Origin: a virus | Lineage: Duplodnaviria; Caudoviricetes | Strand: one strand, 5' to 3' | Virus record (IMG/VR): IMGVR_UViG_3300025751_000053 | Location: 1 to 38,070 of that record | DNA length: 38,070 nt | In this document: in pieces, positions 19,875 through 28,099 of the stretch | How positions within the stretch are numbered: position 1 is the stretch's first letter | How the letters are laid out: each line of letters begins with the position of its first letter | The notes under the pieces: model-generated | Seen by the model: only the letters and a program-made list of their open reading frames with translations | The model's database searches: none | What the model was told of the DNA's origin: nothing | Program-made: the position numbers and the translations under genes

Positions 19875-20054
19875 CTACTCCTCCTCTACAATCTTCTCTC
19901 TAAGTATTGCGTCTTCCCAATTTTTACACCACGGGCAGTACCAACCTTTACGGAAAGCTTTCGGGTGTTCATCACCGTCTTGCTTCTCTATATAGCCAAG
20001 CACCTCAAGCATCTTCTGGCCGCACTTACACTTCTGTTCCAACTCTTTATACAT
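19875..20054 (-). CDS. 59-aa zinc-ribbon protein (missed by the ORF track)
   Basis: Translated by hand: MYKELEQKCKCGQKM...GWYCPWCKNWEDAILREKIVEEE*; fills the gap exactly. Confidence 0.65.
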   Translation of the reverse strand: MYKELEQKCKCGQKMLEVLGYIEKQDGDEHPKAFRKGWYCPWCKNWEDAILREKIVEEE

Positions 20055-20319
20055 CTTTATTTAAAACTCGAATAAACGGGTCTGGCATCACCTGCTCCGG
20101 CCCTTTGTGTACCTTCGGTACTTTGAACCTGTTACGAACAGGGTTGTCCACCATCGGTCTGCCTATCGGGGTCTTTAACTTAACCCCGTGATTGTAAAGT
20201 ATTGTCCTGACGCTGTTGGGACTTAGCCCTAACTCAGTAGCTATATCAACACCCTTCATACCTTTGTTTGCCATAGATATAATCTTTGGGTGCAAATCTT
20301 TATGTCCCTTCTTCGCCAT
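20047..20319 (-). CDS. Small HTH DNA-binding protein
   Basis: GMKGVDIATELGLSPNSVRTILY. Confidence 0.7.
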   Translation of the reverse strand: MAKKGHKDLHPKIISMANKGMKGVDIATELGLSPNSVRTILYNHGVKLKTPIGRPMVDNPVRNRFKVPKVHKGPEQVMPDPFIRVLNKDV

Positions 20320-20337
20320 ACCTACCTTCCTCTACTA

Positions 20338-20796
20338 CTATTTAACAGTATTCCAATCGTGCTTTTTAGTTAGTTCTCTGGCTTTAATGGTTAGATACTT
20401 TTTTCCTTTCCTATACCTTTCATATTTTTGCTTAGAAAACTTTTCCTTCTGCTTTTCAGTAAGAGGTGTCCACTTAAATCTGTCGATGGCCTCTAATAAC
20501 TCATCGTGGCTGTACTTTCCTGACCAAAGGCAACCGCTAAGGTTGGGCGATCTATTTGCAACAAATGCTCGCACGGGTTGTTTGCTTACATACATCAGTT
20601 CATATCTTTTAAGGGCACAACTTTCTAAAAAAGTATCTACTTTACCCCAATCAAGTTCCCCCTCGTAGTCATTTAATCCTGTGGCTTTTTTAAAGAAAAA
20701 GGCTTTTACACTCGCCATACTGCCTTCACATTGCCATCCGTTGAGCAATTCTCTATCCCAAAGTTCTTGAAATTCTTCCTTACTCATTTTCGCCAT
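20338..20796 (-). CDS. Hypothetical protein
   Basis: 152-aa ORF, GGAG upstream, AT-rich. Confidence 0.6.
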   Translation of the reverse strand: MAKMSKEEFQELWDRELLNGWQCEGSMASVKAFFFKKATGLNDYEGELDWGKVDTFLESCALKRYELMYVSKQPVRAFVANRSPNLSGCLWSGKYSHDELLEAIDRFKWTPLTEKQKEKFSKQKYERYRKGKKYLTIKARELTKKHDWNTVK

Positions 20797-20911
20797 CTCC
20801 GTCTTGTTCCTCTATAAATTCTTCTACTCTTTCTAAGGCATCAGTAAGCCTTTTAATCAACAATATGACTTCTTCTACGTCTTGTTGTTCCAACTCTATT
20901 CGTACTTTCAT
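20780..20911 (-). CDS. 43-aa acidic coiled-coil peptide (missed by the ORF track)
   Basis: GAGGAG SD then MKVRIELEQQDVEEVILLIKRLTDALERVEEFIEEQDGDGENE*. Confidence 0.6.
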   Translation of the reverse strand: MKVRIELEQQDVEEVILLIKRLTDALERVEEFIEEQDGDGENE

Positions 20912-20929
20912 AAGCTCCTCAATTCAATG

Positions 20930-21120
20930 CGTGCCCTCTCAAGGTAGGGCACGACTAACCTTAGCGCGGTTTCCTCGGCATACACACATCAGAGAAAGAG
21001 AACGCCTGTCAAGATATGGTATTGGCACACCATTCTCGACTAAGGGGAGTAGTTCCAATGTTGTATGCTGCGGGTGTTTTTAGGGAGAAAAATAGTAAAA
21101 CCCTGCCCACCGCCCGCTGG
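20930..21120 (-). ncRNA. Candidate structured RNA element
   Basis: About 200 nt non-coding, with several nested stems (see findings). Confidence 0.4.
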
Positions 21121-21125
21121 GGCCA

Positions 21126-22970
21126 TCAACAAGCTCCGTAGGAATCACCATACCCACCCTCGCAGTCGAGAGGCAGGTCTGGTGCCCATTTGGGCCTGAT
21201 CTTCATAACTTTCTCTACTAGGCGCATACCTTCTTCTACTTCATCCTCTGGGACAATGCACCCGATTGCATCATGTACGGTCATCACGACTTTGTACTTC
21301 TGGGCTACGCGGAGCAGTTGTTCACCGATAACAATCCGTGCCAGTGCCTGACACACGTTCTCGATTACCTTACCTCCATATATTCTAGTATCCATAAGCG
21401 CCCTACCCTTGCGGGTCTTGTACAATAACTCCGATTTACCCTCTTCGTCAGTCTCTTTTCGCAATTCTGGGTACTTTATATACAGGCCGTTGGGTAGCCG
21501 GATACCGCTATTCCCCTCAACCTCAAGTATATCGGGGCGTCCGAAAGAGCCAGTCTGGTCTTTCATAATAGTATTTAGTGCCCTTCCTGCTTCCCGCCAT
21601 AGCCGTGGTATCTCTGGGTATGTCTCTCTGTATACCTTTATGATGCGGTCACATTCTTCCTGTTCTAGCTCCACCCCAAAGTTTTTAAGCTGGGCCTTAA
21701 ACTTAAGAGCACCCATGCCATACCCTGCACCTAGTATAGTAGTCTTACCAACGAACCTTTCTTCTTTGTTTATCTGGTCTTCAGGCTTGTCGTAGATAGC
21801 AGAGGCCATTATCTTGTATACGTCGTCCCCTCTGTCGAATGCCTCAACTAGGTCGTCCTCCTCGGCCAGCCACGCTAGTGTCCGTGCTTCTATCTGAGAC
21901 AGGTCACAGTCCACAAACTTGTACCCAGCAGGGGCGCACATAGCCTTCTTGAGCTGCGATCCACGGGGTAGGTTCTGCATATTTATCTTGTCGTCACCTC
22001 CCCAGCGCCCTGTGTGGGCCGCGTAATAACGTAACGGGATAGGTAGTGTACCCCTACCAGCTATGTCAATGAACCTCTGGGTGCGTGTCTCCTCGATGGT
22101 AGACCTTACTCCTAGTCTAGCAGCCACAATGGCTTGAACCTCTGGGTTCTCGTGTTCTTGGAGTTTTTTAAGCCCTTCATCACTTTTGGCAAATGCGTAA
22201 GTCTCCTTGCCTGTTGTGGGGCTTATTTTGAGTGGAGGCTCGATGCCATATTCCCGCAGTAGTTCGGCAAATTGTGGATTACTTGTGAGTTGTTTCTTGT
22301 CGTGTTTGACCTTCGCCATTAGGGCTTCTTTCTTACCTACAACATCCTCAAGGTGCGCGTTGAGTACACCTAAGTCTAGGCATAGCTTCGGCTCACTAAA
22401 CATACGGATTGTCAGGTCTATCAAGGCCAGCTCAAAGTTCGGGAAATCTTTCTTCAGCACGTTGAATAACTTAAAGGTAAGTTCTACGTCCTGTACGCAG
22501 TAGCCACCGTAGGCTTTAAGTTCTTCTGTTGTGAAGTCCAGCCGCTTCTTTCCAATAGCACTGTGCACCTCGGTGCCTTTTTTACCCAGTTCGTAGTATT
22601 CGGACAATGCAGCCAGACTCCCACCAACTTCAATGGAGTGGATAGCCCGTGCCATTGCTAGCGTATCAGCAATCTTTTTAGGTCGGATGTCGAAGTGCCA
22701 ATTGAGGATCGCCATGTCAAACATAGCGTTGTGTGCAAGAGCAATGGAGTTGTCCCAATCAAACTGGGATAGGAATTTTGCTATTTGTTTTTTGCTACCG
22801 GAAAACCAAAGTGGGACCGAAGCTTGGTTACTATCATCGCTCGACCAGACTTTGACAGCCACACCGATGACCTCGAAGCGAGGATCGCGGATGTACTCTT
22901 CAGTGGTGAGCTTGTTGAGGCCGTAGTCCTTAGCGTAGTACGTCTCGAAATCTATCGTCAACATTTCCAT
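21126..22970 (-). CDS. polA: Family A DNA polymerase with 3'-5' exonuclease domain
   Basis: Exo I TIDFET; motif A DLSQIEAR; motif B RFVGKTTILGAGYG; motif C TVHDAI. Confidence 0.95.
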   Translation of the reverse strand: MEMLTIDFETYYAKDYGLNKLTTEEYIRDPRFEVIGVAVKVWSSDDSNQASVPLWFSGSKKQIAKFLSQFDWDNSIALAHNAMFDMAILNWHFDIRPKKIADTLAMARAIHSIEVGGSLAALSEYYELGKKGTEVHSAIGKKRLDFTTEELKAYGGYCVQDVELTFKLFNVLKKDFPNFELALIDLTIRMFSEPKLCLDLGVLNAHLEDVVGKKEALMAKVKHDKKQLTSNPQFAELLREYGIEPPLKISPTTGKETYAFAKSDEGLKKLQEHENPEVQAIVAARLGVRSTIEETRTQRFIDIAGRGTLPIPLRYYAAHTGRWGGDDKINMQNLPRGSQLKKAMCAPAGYKFVDCDLSQIEARTLAWLAEEDDLVEAFDRGDDVYKIMASAIYDKPEDQINKEERFVGKTTILGAGYGMGALKFKAQLKNFGVELEQEECDRIIKVYRETYPEIPRLWREAGRALNTIMKDQTGSFGRPDILEVEGNSGIRLPNGLYIKYPELRKETDEEGKSELLYKTRKGRALMDTRIYGGKVIENVCQALARIVIGEQLLRVAQKYKVVMTVHDAIGCIVPEDEVEEGMRLVEKVMKIRPKWAPDLPLDCEGGYGDSYGAC

Positions 22971-23256
22971 TATTTTTTAGATACTCGTCGAGTACCCCTA
23001 CGTTCTCTTCGTTAATGATAAAGGTTACGCCTTCTGCTTCTCTGATAGCAGCAAGCTCTTTAAGTTGTAGCGCAGTTGCTTTGTTGTTACCAGCCTTACA
23101 TTCTATGCCGATAAATTTACCGTGGTAACAACAAACTACATCTGGCACCCCACTACGACCCATTCCGTAGCTGGCGGGAAAGAAGTAGTAAGCGCCGTGA
23201 TCCTTGAGTAGTTTCACGACTTTGTTCTTAACTTTCTTTTCGGGAGTAAGCGCCAT
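22930..23256 (-). CDS. VRR-NUC domain nuclease (Holliday junction resolvase-like)
   Basis: TPEKKVK, GRSGVPD, FIGIECKAG, LQ. Confidence 0.85.
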   Translation of the reverse strand: MALTPEKKVKNKVVKLLKDHGAYYFFPASYGMGRSGVPDVVCCYHGKFIGIECKAGNNKATALQLKELAAIREAEGVTFIINEENVGVLDEYLKNNGNVDDRFRDVLR

Positions 23257-23262
23257 TCAGAA

Positions 23263-23291
23263 AGAATAGCGTAAAGACTTGACTTTGTAAA
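23263..23291 (-). promoter_or_regulatory. Putative sigma70 promoter of the replication operon (possibly leaderless)
   Basis: TTTACA-17 nt-TATTCT, 6 nt upstream of the VRR-NUC ATG. Confidence 0.5.
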
Positions 23292-23296
23292 GGCAC

Positions 23297-23320
23297 AAAA
23301 AACCCCGCACTAGGCGGGGC
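23297..23320 (-). terminator. Rho-independent terminator ending the early operon
   Basis: Minus strand CCCCGC-CTAGT-GCGGGG-TTTTTT. Confidence 0.8.
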
Positions 23321-23326
23321 GTAAGC

Positions 23327-23346
23327 AACATTGAATATTCAATGTT
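23327..23346. repeat. 20-bp palindrome, copy 1
   Basis: AACATTGAATATTCAATGTT, between stop 23350 and the terminator. Confidence 0.95.
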
Positions 23347-23349
23347 AGT

Positions 23350-23568
23350 TTATTCATTCTCCTCTATGTCTTTCAGTATCTCCCGCCGTAGTCTCTTGCG
23401 ATCCTCGGGCGAACACTTTGTGGCTATGCGAATATCACCAAGCCTTAGTTTGTAACTAGACGCGTTCCAGTACAGTGCAGCTTCTGGATCAGTAACCAAC
23501 ATGTACTGCCACGTCACCCCGTCGATGTCTAAGTAGAAGGATTCACCTGTCACTCTCGTTCTCCTCAC
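23350..23568 (-). CDS. Hypothetical protein
   Basis: 72-aa ORF, last gene before the terminator. Confidence 0.55.
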   Translation of the reverse strand: MRRTRVTGESFYLDIDGVTWQYMLVTDPEAALYWNASSYKLRLGDIRIATKCSPEDRKRLRREILKDIEENE

Positions 23569-23746
23569 AACCTAGATATTCTAGGTTGTCTACGTGTTCA
23601 GTTAATACCCTTCGCATTTCTTGAGTATGTCTAGGGAATGATTTGAAATGGTCTACCACGTATTGTGGTAGACGCACGTTTACATGTACTAACGTAGGCT
23701 CTTTCTGCTTACCACGTCGGCGTATTCTGTTAGCTGTCAAAATCAA
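23543..23746 (-). CDS. Small BrnA/ribbon-helix-helix-like DNA-binding protein
   Basis: RGKQKEPTLVHVNVRLPQYVVDHFK resembles the BrnA-type RG.P...VTLRL...V...FK pattern; probable TTG start at 23746 or 23740 after GAGGTG. Confidence 0.5.
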   Translation of the reverse strand: MILTANRIRRRGKQKEPTLVHVNVRLPQYVVDHFKSFPRHTQEMRRVLTEHVDNLEYLGCEENESDR

Positions 23747-24668
23747 GTTGCACCTCGTTACGAATAAAGAATTTATCATCTGCCAGTTTGAAACCAGCCC
23801 CGTCCACAAATGTATTCTTGTCAGCAATCTTCAACAGACCCAATGCCATCCGCATATCGCTCGGCATCTCATCGCGCTTGAACCGCTTTGGTGTTGACTC
23901 ACCTTGGTGCCACTTGAAATACTCATCTTCTTTCAACAAAACATAGTAGCCGTTTCTTTTATCGACTACGCTTTCGATATTTTTTACTACCTGCAACTCG
24001 TTTTGTGTGTGATGAAAAGCATCGATAAGATCGGTCTTACCCATGTCTTTAAGAAACTTGAGTACCGTTTCATTAGCGCGTGCAACCTCTGTCTTGATGT
24101 AGTCAGTAAGTTTGCTGCGTGCAGTATCATACTCTCTGCTTAACTGATACGAGCTGCTACTTACTTCGTACCTTACGCTGGACGCCATTGCTTCCATATG
24201 CTCACGTATGGTCATGCCATAGAAGTATTGGGCGAACAAAGACTTTGCTGTACTGAGCTTCGCTGTCTTCTTTGCACTCCCACGTTTCAAGTCTAGGCTA
24301 ATGCGATTGTTCTCAAACTCCAAACCGTCATGATTGTTTGAGTACCGTTCACCTCTGCTGATACGACCAACAGGCTCGTCACCATCAAACACATATATGT
24401 CGCGCATGGTCATGTACTCTTCGTTTTTGTCGGTGTATCTGGTGCGAGTTTTAACGTAGAACGAGTAGTTAGTGTAGTGCTGGCTGAGATACAAAAGTAA
24501 AGCAGGGGCAATATCCAGATGATTCTTCTGCTTCAAGGGTCCAGTATCGTTTTGGTTGTGGTAAACATTCCTCGGCATGTTTGAAAACGTGCCTGCATCA
24601 CCGTTCTTGATGTCCTCTTTGGCGTTTACCACTAAGTAGCTATCTCTATTGTATACTTCTGAAATCAT
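23730..24668 (-). CDS. Hypothetical early protein (312 aa)
   Basis: Long ORF with GGAGAAAGAGA-ATG leader. Confidence 0.75.
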   Translation of the reverse strand: MISEVYNRDSYLVVNAKEDIKNGDAGTFSNMPRNVYHNQNDTGPLKQKNHLDIAPALLLYLSQHYTNYSFYVKTRTRYTDKNEEYMTMRDIYVFDGDEPVGRISRGERYSNNHDGLEFENNRISLDLKRGSAKKTAKLSTAKSLFAQYFYGMTIREHMEAMASSVRYEVSSSSYQLSREYDTARSKLTDYIKTEVARANETVLKFLKDMGKTDLIDAFHHTQNELQVVKNIESVVDKRNGYYVLLKEDEYFKWHQGESTPKRFKRDEMPSDMRMALGLLKIADKNTFVDGAGFKLADDKFFIRNEVQLDFDS

Positions 24669-24678
24669 TCTCTTTCTC

Positions 24679-25539
24679 CTACCAGTCGTATGAATTAATA
24701 ATTGAGTCCACTTCTTCCTTCACTTCCTCACGGACAGTTGGGGAATCCTTGAACATCTCTTTTGTTTTACCTGCCATGATATCTTCAAGCCGTTGACGTG
24801 CTTCTTCTACCTTGGGGTCGTTGGTCAGGTTCATGTGCTTGAGCATCCGACACAAGCTCAAGGGATTGGATACAAAAGTCTCGTGCCACCGCTTCTTGTC
24901 ATCTTCCTCCTCGTCCCCAGTATCCGTGCACTTCGCACTTATCGCTTGCAGCTCCTTGAGTAGTCGCTTGTCATTTTCCTTGGCGGCTTCCATTACCTTA
25001 CGTTCAACTTCCTGATCGCACGTGGCCTTGAGTTCTTCCATCTCTTGTGCGGGTAGATCAATGCACAGGTGACCAGACTCAGGTACAGGAGCAACAACAA
25101 AGTTCCATGCAAACTTATCCATCACCTCATGCACTGGTGGGTAGTCATTCTCGTTGAATATGTCACCACGATAGTCCTTAGCAGTTTCACGATAGCTCCA
25201 ATACTTAACTCGGAATGTATCTACCATGCTACTAAACGTAGCCTGCTTCAGATTGTGTTGCGACTTGTAGTCTAGGAATAGACTAGTAGGACAAAGCCTG
25301 TACCCGCGTTCATCCCACGGTAGCGTCATGGTGTTGTGCCATAGACGCGATTGGGCTGCATGTTTCTGTATATCCTTGTGGCCAGTTGAACCGACCATCA
25401 GGTTGTCGTACATACGCATCGCCCTTGGGTCTGCGTTCTTACCCGCAGCGACCTCACTTTCTAGGTCTTTGTTGCGCTTACTTGCACCCCACACGCTAAT
25501 GTTTAGACGTACCAATACTGCACTGTTTGCTATGCTCAT
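24679..25539 (-). CDS. DUF3150-like protein
   Basis: AVLVRLNISVWGASK...TLPWDERGYRLCP; downstream of AAA and vWA genes; family assignment from memory. Confidence 0.55.
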   Translation of the reverse strand: MSIANSAVLVRLNISVWGASKRNKDLESEVAAGKNADPRAMRMYDNLMVGSTGHKDIQKHAAQSRLWHNTMTLPWDERGYRLCPTSLFLDYKSQHNLKQATFSSMVDTFRVKYWSYRETAKDYRGDIFNENDYPPVHEVMDKFAWNFVVAPVPESGHLCIDLPAQEMEELKATCDQEVERKVMEAAKENDKRLLKELQAISAKCTDTGDEEEDDKKRWHETFVSNPLSLCRMLKHMNLTNDPKVEEARQRLEDIMAGKTKEMFKDSPTVREEVKEEVDSIINSYDW

Positions 25540-25554
25540 TCTCTTTCTCCGTTG

Positions 25555-25574
25555 AACATTGATTATTCAATGTT
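25555..25574. repeat. 20-bp palindrome, copy 2 (1 mismatch)
   Basis: AACATTGATTATTCAATGTT; contains the vWA stop codon. Confidence 0.9.
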
Positions 25575-26735
25575 GATTGTTTTGCCCACAGGGGCGGTTA
25601 TGTTTCTGTTGTTTGCGATTGCCCAGAGCACCGGACTAGTCCAGTTACCCCACGAACCGATTTCACCGTCAGTCAATACCACCACACAGTCTGGCTTGAT
25701 GCTGTTCTTACTCAAGTAGTCAGAGACGCACGTAGGATCGGTGCCTCCACCGCCGTGTGCGGTGCGTAGCTCTGGCGCGTTCTTGAAAGAATCATTGGTA
25801 TATATCTCGTGATTCTCAACCTCACCATCCCAGTCGATCATGTGTATCTTGTTAATGTTAAGGTTCTGCGCCAGCCCCACCATCTCACTGGTGACTTTGG
25901 TTAGTCGATCACCGTACATCGAGCCGGACGTGTCCCGCGCAATCACCACCTCATTGATGCTATTACCTTCTAGCGTAGGCATAACGATGTCTTGATGCAG
26001 ATACCTGCGGTTAGGTCTACGCCATGAAGAGCGTTCCTTCTTTCGACACGTCGAGTTCATAAACATTCGCAGTGCATCGCGCCAGTCCACCTTGGGCGTG
26101 ATAAGTTCTTCAAGCCCCAGTGCATCACGTAGTCCACCTGCACCTGCTCGTTTACCCGCATGAATACCCTGCCGGATAGCCTCGGTCACATCCTTCTTGA
26201 GTTCCTTGGCCTGTTCCTTGGTTAGTTCCTTGGCTCCATCCCAGTCGTGTTCATCGAACCCACCACCTTTACCACCTTCGTTATTCTCTAGCAGGTCGTT
26301 GAAGATGCGCTTGATGGTCCAATCCCGATACTTGATGTCATGCAAGCCAATGGGCTTCCCGTCCGCATCTTGTGGCATCTCGGTCAACAGATGGTTGGGG
26401 TCGGCAAGTTCGATCTTGTCATTGTTCCAATAGTCCGCCGCCATGTTGGTTAGCATTGGGTTACGTTCCTTGAGATTTTGGTACGTCACCATGTGCATAC
26501 CCGCCTTGTGCAACCACTCGTGCACCATGACATAGGCAATGCCCTTGTCCCCGTTGCTGATCTGGTTGAACAGGAAGTCCGGGTTGAACCAACAGTCCCG
26601 ACCATCAGTAGCCGCTGTGGGTACGTCAGTAGTCAGAATGGTTTTACCGTGCATGGCAACACCACGCAGCAGACCAAACTGCTCGGATCGCATAAGCCCG
26701 ATCTTGATAGCTTTGAATTTACGTTCTACTTTCAT
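25563..26735 (-). CDS. DUF2201-type metallopeptidase + vWA domain protein
   Basis: TAATDG, HEWLH (HExxH), MIDAS DTSGSM, GGGGTD, VLTDG. Confidence 0.85.
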   Translation of the reverse strand: MKVERKFKAIKIGLMRSEQFGLLRGVAMHGKTILTTDVPTAATDGRDCWFNPDFLFNQISNGDKGIAYVMVHEWLHKAGMHMVTYQNLKERNPMLTNMAADYWNNDKIELADPNHLLTEMPQDADGKPIGLHDIKYRDWTIKRIFNDLLENNEGGKGGGFDEHDWDGAKELTKEQAKELKKDVTEAIRQGIHAGKRAGAGGLRDALGLEELITPKVDWRDALRMFMNSTCRKKERSSWRRPNRRYLHQDIVMPTLEGNSINEVVIARDTSGSMYGDRLTKVTSEMVGLAQNLNINKIHMIDWDGEVENHEIYTNDSFKNAPELRTAHGGGGTDPTCVSDYLSKNSIKPDCVVVLTDGEIGSWGNWTSPVLWAIANNRNITAPVGKTINIE

Positions 26736-26747
26736 TTTGTTTCTCCC

Positions 26748-26767
26748 AACATTGAATATTCAATGTT
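26748..26767. repeat. 20-bp palindrome, copy 3
   Basis: Perfect copy between the AAA stop and the vWA SD. Confidence 0.95.
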
Positions 26768-27816
26768 CACAGTAAGTCCTCGTTATCAGCAGCCCACAGT
26801 GCAAACTCTCGGTTCGCGAAGGCGATTGCTTTCTTGCGCTCGTGTCGGGCCAGTGCCACACAGAACACCACCTGCCACTCTTCTTCCATGCGACGCAGGT
26901 ACTTGAGTATGTTAGTCAGGGTGTCCTTCTCCACATGCTCCAGTAGTCCGAATGTCATCACCGCACGGGCACCGGGGTCATGGGGCACGATAGCCACATC
27001 AGGTTGCTCGATCACAGCTTTGATTGGAGGTAATGATTCTTGGAACCGGATGAATGACACAACACTGGCCGCAAATGCCGCACCACCTGCACCTGTTAGC
27101 GCAGCCATAAGCGCATCTTCATCGTAGTGTGCTCGGTTCTTAATAATTCCGCTGGCAATTTCTAGTACACGTGGGGATACCACATTGTCCTGTGGGCTAG
27201 ACGGATGGAAGATAAACTCATTCTTCACGCCATCGAGGTAGGATGCTAGGCAGTAGGGATACCGGTTTACCCATGCAATAAGTAGTGGCTCGATGCCGTT
27301 ATTCACAGCCCAAGGTGTCCATACTTCATGGTCTGGTTTACGCACAATCAGCTCGATGATGCGCTGTCTGGTATGTTGGGCCAGCCCATCGCCCACGCCA
27401 TCGGTATCGAGGTTACCCGTCAGGTAAATGATGCTGCCCTCGGGTATCGGTAGGTCGCCTAGTCTAGGGTTAGATACTTCTAGCATAGGGTGAAGCATGT
27501 TCTTCACTGGCTCTACGCCCTTGGTAAACTCGTCAAGACACATCATTACTGGTTCGCCAGTATGTATACCGAACCGAGCATTGGGGTAGTAGCGGGTCAC
27601 GCCGTTCTCGTGGTCGATCACAGGCATACACACATCACCTAGATCAAGGTTGGGCACGTCCACCATGCACAGTGGTAAGCCAGCGATACGTGCAATCTCT
27701 TCAGCGATGCTAGTCTTGCCGACACCCGGCTCACCCCGCAGTATGAAGCGCGTCTTGGGGTTGTTGACGATCAGGCTAATTGAGTGTTGAAGTGTTACTG
27801 TTTGAATCTCATTCAT
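26767..27816 (-). CDS. MoxR/CobS-like AAA+ ATPase
   Basis: Walker A GEPGVGKTS, Walker B MCLDEF, sensor TGN, SPR; true start ATG 27816. Confidence 0.85.
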   Translation of the reverse strand: MNEIQTVTLQHSISLIVNNPKTRFILRGEPGVGKTSIAEEIARIAGLPLCMVDVPNLDLGDVCMPVIDHENGVTRYYPNARFGIHTGEPVMMCLDEFTKGVEPVKNMLHPMLEVSNPRLGDLPIPEGSIIYLTGNLDTDGVGDGLAQHTRQRIIELIVRKPDHEVWTPWAVNNGIEPLLIAWVNRYPYCLASYLDGVKNEFIFHPSSPQDNVVSPRVLEIASGIIKNRAHYDEDALMAALTGAGGAAFAASVVSFIRFQESLPPIKAVIEQPDVAIVPHDPGARAVMTFGLLEHVEKDTLTNILKYLRRMEEEWQVVFCVALARHERKKAIAFANREFALWAADNEDLL

Positions 27817-27836
27817 TGTTACGTTCTCTTTGGTTA

Positions 27837-27856
27837 GACATTGAATATTCAATGTT
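27837..27856. repeat. 20-bp palindrome, copy 4 (terminal mismatch)
   Basis: GACATTGAATATTCAATGTT. Confidence 0.9.
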
Positions 27857-27892
27857 GGTTAGTTGGTATTACAGAAATCAAACTACGAGTAT

Positions 27893-27922
27893 ATTGTATC
27901 ACAATATAACTCAGACTGTCAA
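27893..27922 (-). promoter_or_regulatory. Strong sigma70-type early promoter
   Basis: TTGACA-18 nt-TACAAT with extended -10 TG. Confidence 0.75.
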
Positions 27923-28099
27923 GTAGCAGCCAAACACCTGCGGTGCTGCGGTCATGTGCAGATTCCTCCCGTCCATTGAAACCACTGCTACTTTATTGTT
28001 ATGGACGTGCGACACGTAGTAACGCCGCCCCCGTCCGTCCCTTACCACTTCTCCAGTATCCACAGGACACTGAGACTTTGCTCGCATCAGAGTTTTCAT
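27911..28099 (-). CDS. Small hypothetical protein
   Basis: 62 aa; ATGA overlap with the upstream gene. Confidence 0.55.
   Translation of the reverse strand: MKTLMRAKSQCPVDTGEVVRDGRGRRYYVSHVHNNKVAVVSMDGRNLHMTAAPQVFGCYLTV

Noticed and set aside
20960-20995. Hammerhead or HDV-like ribozyme in the post-polA region
   Set aside because: CUGAUGU does not match the CUGANGA core, and the TTCCTCG segment lacks a complementary P3 stem; kept only as a generic structured RNA candidate.
23327-23346. Palindrome as an FNR or Fur box, or an integron attC site
   Set aside because: Core TTGAATATTCAA is 12 bp versus TTGAT-N4-ATCAA for FNR; no GATAATGAT pattern; too short for attC and no integrase in the window.
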